Origin: a virus
Length of the DNA: 64,000 nt
Reading direction: 5' to 3' (one strand)
Virus record (IMG/VR): IMGVR_UViG_3300025727_000603
Location: 1-64,000 of that record
The position numbers and the translations under genes were made by a program. The notes beneath the pieces are model-generated. The model was given only the letters and a program-made list of their open reading frames with translations. It was not told the DNA's origin and ran no database searches. Shown here one piece after another: positions 58,925 through 64,000 of the stretch (its first letter is position 1; every line of letters starts with the position of its first letter).

Positions 58925-60286
58925 ATGGCGATTAATTTTCCAAGTAGTAATTTATATAACGGGTACACCCATGTAGTAGGGGATGTAACATTTACCTACA
59001 ATTCAACTAAAACCTTATGGGAACCATCGACGGCTGCTGCAACTATTCATGATACTCCAGTTGATGGTTCTAGTACAATCGCCATTTCTTCAAATTGGGC
59101 ATTTGATTCTGTAAAAACGAATGTACCTACAGGTGCATTGTTTACAGATACTACAGGATCATCAGTTGATATTGATGATAACCCACCAACTTCTCCAAGC
59201 GCTGGGGATCTTTGGATTAATTCAACATCGATGAAGTTGAGTGTATATTATGATGATGGGGGTTCATTACAATGGGTTGAAACTAATACTGCTGGATCTA
59301 ACAATTATGTTGATGGAGTATCACTAGTAGGGGGATCGACTCTAACCTTAACTAGATCCGGTACACTAGGAGATCTAACTACAGATTTATCATCTTTGTC
59401 TGGGCTTGAAGGTATGGTGACGGATGCTACATTTGTTGGTAGAGATTTAACATTACTTAGAAGTGGAGGTGTGGGTAACTTAACAGTTAATATACCAGCA
59501 GCTACAAATACATCTGCTATAAACGAGGTTGAATATATAGTAGGTACAGCGTCTGGAAATTATGATGGTATCAGTACAAGTGCATTTCCAATGGCATATG
59601 ATCCGACAGAGGATACTTTAACACTTTACATAAATGGTGTAAAACAGGCAGCGTCCACATATACAGCTGTATTGGGTACCGGCACCGCCAATAATATAAA
59701 TCTTACCGTAGGCAATGAAGCCAGTGCTACTGATGAGGTAACAATTGTTGTAGTATCCACATTATTTGTTAATGAACAAATAGTTGGCAAGTCTGGGAAT
59801 AATGGTCAAGCATTTATACCAGCAGGAACTACAGCACAAAGAACAACGCATACGACAGCCCAGGGAGGGATGACTGGTCATTTAAGATTTAACACGGATA
59901 ACATCAATCTAGAGGTTTACGATCAGTATGGGTGGTGGCGTCAGATATTACAATCTGGCACTAATTTTGAGTATGAGAAAATTCATCCAAAATCAGTAAC
60001 AATGACAAATACTACTATTGATTTGGATAATAATAATATATTTAAGGTATTAACAGGTACTACATCTTTTGGTTTTACCAATTATACTAGTGCTGGTAGA
60101 ACTACAATACTCCATATAGATAGAACTACCTCAGGATATACTTTTAATTGGCCAGGAGTAGTAAGATGGATAGGCGGGACAGAACCTACATGGACGGATC
60201 ATAGAGATTGGATTATTAATATGTTTTGTTCCGGAGCTAATGCATCTAATTATGTATTCTGTTCAGCTACAGGATATAATAGATGA
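58925..60286 (+). CDS. tail fibre-like protein
   Basis: MAINFP N-terminus, PSAGDLW.NS, IP.GTTAQR...G.LRFNT....E.Y and C-terminal W.GGTEPTW. Confidence 0.7.
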   Translation: MAINFPSSNLYNGYTHVVGDVTFTYNSTKTLWEPSTAAATIHDTPVDGSSTIAISSNWAFDSVKTNVPTGALFTDTTGSSVDIDDNPPTSPSAGDLWINSTSMKLSVYYDDGGSLQWVETNTAGSNNYVDGVSLVGGSTLTLTRSGTLGDLTTDLSSLSGLEGMVTDATFVGRDLTLLRSGGVGNLTVNIPAATNTSAINEVEYIVGTASGNYDGISTSAFPMAYDPTEDTLTLYINGVKQAASTYTAVLGTGTANNINLTVGNEASATDEVTIVVVSTLFVNEQIVGKSGNNGQAFIPAGTTAQRTTHTTAQGGMTGHLRFNTDNINLEVYDQYGWWRQILQSGTNFEYEKIHPKSVTMTNTTIDLDNNNIFKVLTGTTSFGFTNYTSAGRTTILHIDRTTSGYTFNWPGVVRWIGGTEPTWTDHRDWIINMFCSGANASNYVFCSATGYNR

Positions 60287-61128
60287 GTTTACCTCATACT
60301 TTTCTTAATGCTCGAGGAATGCCTGCTGCTGGTGGTGGTGGGTTGGCACCTGTATTTACTTATTCAGCATCTTATTTACCGTCACCTCTTAGCACTTCAA
60401 TAAGCTCATTAACAACGTGGAATTATACGTTTACTAATGTTCCATCAGTTACGACAGCAGGAAAGAGGTATATTATTGTAGTTACTGGTAACCGCGACTG
60501 GAATGGTAATAGCTATAATACATATAGTCAGCAGTTCTTAACTACATCAAGTGGTAGTATTGTAGTAAATGATGGAAGTGGTAACACTATGTCGATGACA
60601 AAAGCCAACAATAGTAGTCTAATTGAGGGTCATAGTGCTTATAATGCAACAGTTATTTCTGGTGGATTTGTTGATGCAGCCGGTAATATTACAGTTACGT
60701 TTAATAGAGCAGCAGGTCAGGTTAGTGGTGGTGGTGATCAGTATACATCAATATTTGTTTTTGATGATATTACAACTATATCATATATAGCAAATAATAT
60801 CGTTAATTCCAACACCTCGGGTGATAATTCCCAGACTTTAAATGTGACTGCAAATAATAGTACTAATGCTTCAGCTGTATTTAGAGTGGTAGGAGGTAAC
60901 AGCAGTAATAGCGGTAATGCGTTTCCAGTTTATATGAAAGCTACCTCTGAGCCAGCTTATACAAAGCTTTTTGATGGTATGAACGGGACTTCGGAAAATT
61001 TTGGAGTGTATTACTATTGGAATGGTACACATGGAACACAAGTTAATTTAGACGGTCAAATAACATTAACAACAACACCAGCTAATAACGGGCTTGCTGG
61101 CGCTGCGGCTATATTCGGATTTGAATAA
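60283..61128 (+). CDS. beta-rich adhesin-like protein
   Basis: Shares the MSLPHTF N-terminus with 57899-58855; the rest is S/T/N/G-rich and predicted beta. Confidence 0.55.
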   Translation: MSLPHTFLNARGMPAAGGGGLAPVFTYSASYLPSPLSTSISSLTTWNYTFTNVPSVTTAGKRYIIVVTGNRDWNGNSYNTYSQQFLTTSSGSIVVNDGSGNTMSMTKANNSSLIEGHSAYNATVISGGFVDAAGNITVTFNRAAGQVSGGGDQYTSIFVFDDITTISYIANNIVNSNTSGDNSQTLNVTANNSTNASAVFRVVGGNSSNSGNAFPVYMKATSEPAYTKLFDGMNGTSENFGVYYYWNGTHGTQVNLDGQITLTTTPANNGLAGAAAIFGFE

Positions 61129-61157
61129 AAAGATAAATACAAAAGGATAATAACACT

Positions 61158-61787
61158 ATGGCAATAAATTTTCCAAATGCACCTACTCATGGACAATCAT
61201 TCGCAGGTGATGATGATACTTGGATATGGGATAGTATAAATTCCAAATGGGGTCTTCAAGATTCTGGGCAGGTACATTATACGGCCGGAAACGGTATAGT
61301 ATTAGTAGGTACTGCCCTTTCTGCTAATGTTGGTACCTCACCTTTACAGATAATTCAATTAGACAATAGTTCTAAACTACCAGCCGTTGATGGTTCACAA
61401 TTAACAGGTATTGCAACTGGTTATTCATATACTGGAGAGACTCCAGTCAATAATAATACTATATTAGCAGATTCAGATAACTCTTATTATCTTATAAATA
61501 ATTATGAGGTTGTCGCTTTTACAATTACTATTGCTGCAGTAAGGGGAACTGCAGCTGCAGCTTGGAAAATTGAAGGATTGGCTAGACGAACTGACTATGT
61601 TAGTACTGTAATAGTAAATTCTAACATAACAGTTATAAGCAACACTTGGGTTACGAATGACCCAAGTGTTACTATTACCGGTGGTAATGATGCTCCCAAC
61701 TATATTCAAATATTAGCGACAGGAAATTCAACTGGCTCTACTATTAAATGGGCAGCATCGATGTCGACAACCATAGTAAGCGCATAA
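61158..61787 (+). CDS. tail fibre-like protein
   Basis: MAINFPNAP..GQ......W.W.....W, YTAGNGI.L.GT and QLD...KLPAVDGSQLTG motifs. Confidence 0.65.
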   Translation: MAINFPNAPTHGQSFAGDDDTWIWDSINSKWGLQDSGQVHYTAGNGIVLVGTALSANVGTSPLQIIQLDNSSKLPAVDGSQLTGIATGYSYTGETPVNNNTILADSDNSYYLINNYEVVAFTITIAAVRGTAAAAWKIEGLARRTDYVSTVIVNSNITVISNTWVTNDPSVTITGGNDAPNYIQILATGNSTGSTIKWAASMSTTIVSA

Positions 61788-61960
61788 TGTCTATTAAGAT
61801 AGATCATTCTAATAATACTAACACTATATTATCTACAGGATCACCTGTAACTATGCCATCAGAGATGGCAACATATCGTCAAGTACTTAGAGACTTACCC
61901 GAAACTATAGATATTAACAATCAAATATTTCCAGAAAATCCAATTACAAAGACTAGTTAA
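61787..61960 (+). CDS. truncated/chimeric tail assembly chaperone-like ORF
   Basis: ATG at the TAATG overlap; C-terminal YRQVLRDLP......FP..P matches the phage tail assembly chaperone motif, but the protein is only 57 aa. Confidence 0.5.
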   Translation: MSIKIDHSNNTNTILSTGSPVTMPSEMATYRQVLRDLPETIDINNQIFPENPITKTS

Positions 61961-61965
61961 AATAA

Positions 61966-61973
61966 TATAAATA
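61966..61973 (+). promoter_or_regulatory. T4-type late promoter
   Basis: Intergenic TATAAATA upstream of ATG 62010. Confidence 0.7.
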
Positions 61974-62009
61974 CTAACATACACTTAAAGTACTTACTAC
62001 GAGAATAAT

Positions 62010-62813
62010 ATGTCAAAATCAAGAGACTTAGCTAAAGTAATTAATTCGGATGGGGGAATAACTCTTCGCGGTAATACCCTATTTGAGTCGGATAATGCTT
62101 TTGATATAGGATCGGCGGAATTTAAGGTTAGAGATTTATTTGTATCTGAAAATTCACTTTGGATAGGGGATGAACATAAATTATCCATTGACTCCACAAC
62201 AAAGAAGTTTAAAACCCGTAAAAGAAAGAAGGGTAAAACTCCTAAAAAACTTAGAGATAGGTTAGTAGGGTCTGGTAAACAATTCAATACAGAAGCCGAA
62301 ATGAAGGCTGATTTTAAAAGTAGATATTTTACTGGCGTCTCAAATCAGAAAGATAAAAACAATCCAGATCATGCTGATTTTAATCCAAATACTAAAAAAT
62401 GGGTTCGGTTTTTAAATGATCTTGAGATCAAAAAAGATGATGGATCAAATAAAGATTATGAAACTCCAGAAGATGTTATGGATGATGATGAGGATTTTGA
62501 TGAGGATAGGGATGATGATAAAGTAGAATCAACACAAACTGCAACAACAGATACTCTTGGTTTAGTTAAGATTGGGTATACTGAATCGGGTAAGAATTAT
62601 CCTGTTGAACTGTCTTCTGAGCAAATGTACGTTAATGTACCTTGGACAGATACGCAAGTAACAGTAAATGATACATTAACATCTACATCCACATCAGAAG
62701 CTCTGAGTGCTAATCAAGGTAAAGAATTAAAAGCTTTAGTTGATGCTGCAGGTGGTAGTGGTAGTGGAGTTTCAACAGGAAAGGCGATTGCAATGGCAAT
62801 TGTCTTTGGTTAA
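62010..62813 (+). CDS. tail-associated mosaic protein
   Basis: MSKSRDLA N-terminus, two modules shared with 55440-57902, LTSTST..ALSANQGK.LK and C-terminal GKAIAMAIVFG. Confidence 0.65.
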   Translation: MSKSRDLAKVINSDGGITLRGNTLFESDNAFDIGSAEFKVRDLFVSENSLWIGDEHKLSIDSTTKKFKTRKRKKGKTPKKLRDRLVGSGKQFNTEAEMKADFKSRYFTGVSNQKDKNNPDHADFNPNTKKWVRFLNDLEIKKDDGSNKDYETPEDVMDDDEDFDEDRDDDKVESTQTATTDTLGLVKIGYTESGKNYPVELSSEQMYVNVPWTDTQVTVNDTLTSTSTSEALSANQGKELKALVDAAGGSGSGVSTGKAIAMAIVFG

Positions 62814-62830
62814 TAAATAGGAAAAAATAA

Positions 62831-63184
62831 ATGGCAAATCCAAATATAGTCAATGTAACAAGTATCTACGGCAGAACAATATCAGCTGCATTAACAACTG
62901 CATCAAGTACATTATTAAGCCCCTCATCGGGTACTGTTAGAAAAATCAATAGTATTACTGTTGCAAATAAAGATGGTACAAATGATGCCGATGTTACTGT
63001 ATATGCATTAATCGATGGAAACGTTAGATACCTTGCATATGCAATAACAGTTCCTGCGAAATCAACATTAGTTGTTTCTTCTAAGGACACATCTTTCTAT
63101 CTGGAAGAAGCAGATATACTTTCTGCAAATGGTAGTGCTTCAAACGATTTAGACATAATCGTTTCGTATGACGAAATTTCTTAA
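62831..63184 (+). CDS. conserved phage tail-region protein
   Basis: MANPNIVNVTSIYG...KINSI.VAN.DG...I.VPA.STL.....YLEE.D...SYDEIS; this protein typically follows GKAIAMAIVFG-ending genes. Confidence 0.65.
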   Translation: MANPNIVNVTSIYGRTISAALTTASSTLLSPSSGTVRKINSITVANKDGTNDADVTVYALIDGNVRYLAYAITVPAKSTLVVSSKDTSFYLEEADILSANGSASNDLDIIVSYDEIS

Positions 63185-63195
63185 TAGTTACATAT

Positions 63196-64000
63196 ATGGG
63201 TTACTTTTCAAAAAATAGTGGGTTAATAGGCACAGGTCAGAACAAACGTGTAGGCGTGCATGATATTATATCCAGTAAACTTAATAATAGTGGATCATTC
63301 TTTTCATCAGGTGAGAATTTAATATTTACAACATCCAGAATGGTTGGTCCTATTGGTCCATCCAAACAAATGACCGATGCCTTTTATGGAGACTATTACA
63401 CAGCTGGTGTTATGGATCTATTTGATACGCAACCATACAACGGTATACAACGATTCAATGTACCTGCGTCGGGTGATTATAGGTTTTATATGATGGGTGC
63501 TTATGCTGGAGGTAATAGATATCAAGGGTACAGCAATAGCGATATATTTGACACAACTTTAGCTATATCTAATGAGCAGGCAATAACTAGCAGTACTAAC
63601 TTAAATTATACATTTGGATGTCCAGGTCTTCTAGTATGCGATATTACTCTAACAGAAGGCGATGTTCTCGACATACTAGTGGGGCAGTCTGGTAATCAAT
63701 CCTTTTTTAGTAACAGGTTTTCTGTTGCTGGTTCTGGCGGTGGTGCTTCAGCAGTTTGGGTTGGTGGGCATGGATCGTCTACGTGGGCTATTGCTGGCGG
63801 TGGCGGATCTGATCGTGATGCCGGAACCGGCTATAACAATGGAAAGGGGAATGCGCCATATAGCACAACGGGCGGTTCTGGTGGTTCTGGTTTGGGTGGT
63901 ACTAACGGCGCTGGTGGTGCTTCGAGTGATAATCATGGTGCTGCTGGTGCAGGTCTAACGGGAAATGGTTCTAGTCACAACGATAACCGAGGGAATTTTT
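63196..64000 (+). CDS. second glycine-rich-domain adhesin-like protein; runs off the window, not in ORF track
   Basis: Manual translation MGYFSKNSGLIG...GPIGP...GIQRFNVPASGDYRF...GA...LTEGDVLDILVGQSG...GSGGGASAV...IAGGGG; paralog of 57899-58855. Confidence 0.75.
   Translation, partial: MGYFSKNSGLIGTGQNKRVGVHDIISSKLNNSGSFFSSGENLIFTTSRMVGPIGPSKQMTDAFYGDYYTAGVMDLFDTQPYNGIQRFNVPASGDYRFYMMGAYAGGNRYQGYSNSDIFDTTLAISNEQAITSSTNLNYTFGCPGLLVCDITLTEGDVLDILVGQSGNQSFFSNRFSVAGSGGGASAVWVGGHGSSTWAIAGGGGSDRDAGTGYNNGKGNAPYSTTGGSGGSGLGGTNGAGGASSDNHGAAGAGLTGNGSSHNDNRGNF

Noticed and set aside
4775-63958. Many short antisense or alternate-frame ORFs in the track (e.g. 4775-5149, 36466-36867, 46382-46801, 54625-55104, 58291-58841, 63725-63958)
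   Set aside because: They are shadows of long real genes; those over Gly-rich genes arise from GGN codon runs lacking stops.
52633-64000. Diversity-generating retroelement or invertase shufflon behind the fibre mosaicism
   Set aside because: No reverse transcriptase, recombinase, adenine-specific TR/VR pair or inverted cassettes are visible in this window.
1-64000. Stop-codon reassignment
   Set aside because: Standard-code ORFs tile the window densely, and TAA, TAG and TGA all end genes at sensible positions.

Overview
This window is a 64-kb, AT-rich segment of a T4-like myovirus genome. It has three parts. (1) 1-33.7 kb holds a tail/baseplate morphogenesis block: gp54-like, gp2 and gp4 on the minus strand, then gp48, gp53, a hub protein, gp5, gp25, gp6, gp7, gp8, a 4335-aa DUF4815/VrlC-like protein and a 1512-aa fibre-like protein. 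Several of these genes are preceded by T4-type late promoters (TATAAATA). (2) 33.7-52.6 kb is a tightly overlapping ~19-kb biosynthetic island inserted into the late structural operon. It encodes eight radical SAM enzymes, a U32-like Fe-S protein, a flavin-dependent halogenase, a split transketolase, a UDP-glucose dehydrogenase, two NAD-dependent epimerases, one GT2 and two degenerate GT-B-like proteins, and two deacetylases. Directly behind the two SPASM-type radical SAM genes lies a 262-aa protein ending in a (CxCxxx)n Cys-rich tail. (3) 52.6-64 kb is a mosaic array of tail fibre/adhesin-like genes with shuffled modules and gene relics. The leading candidate for a new system is the island, read as a phage-encoded, RiPP-like machinery that may cross-link, halogenate and/or glycosylate a Cys-rich virion protein. 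The first maturase appears to begin at a non-canonical ATT codon. No tRNA, rRNA, CRISPR array or IS element was recognised. All family assignments come from motifs read by eye, and no database searches were run.
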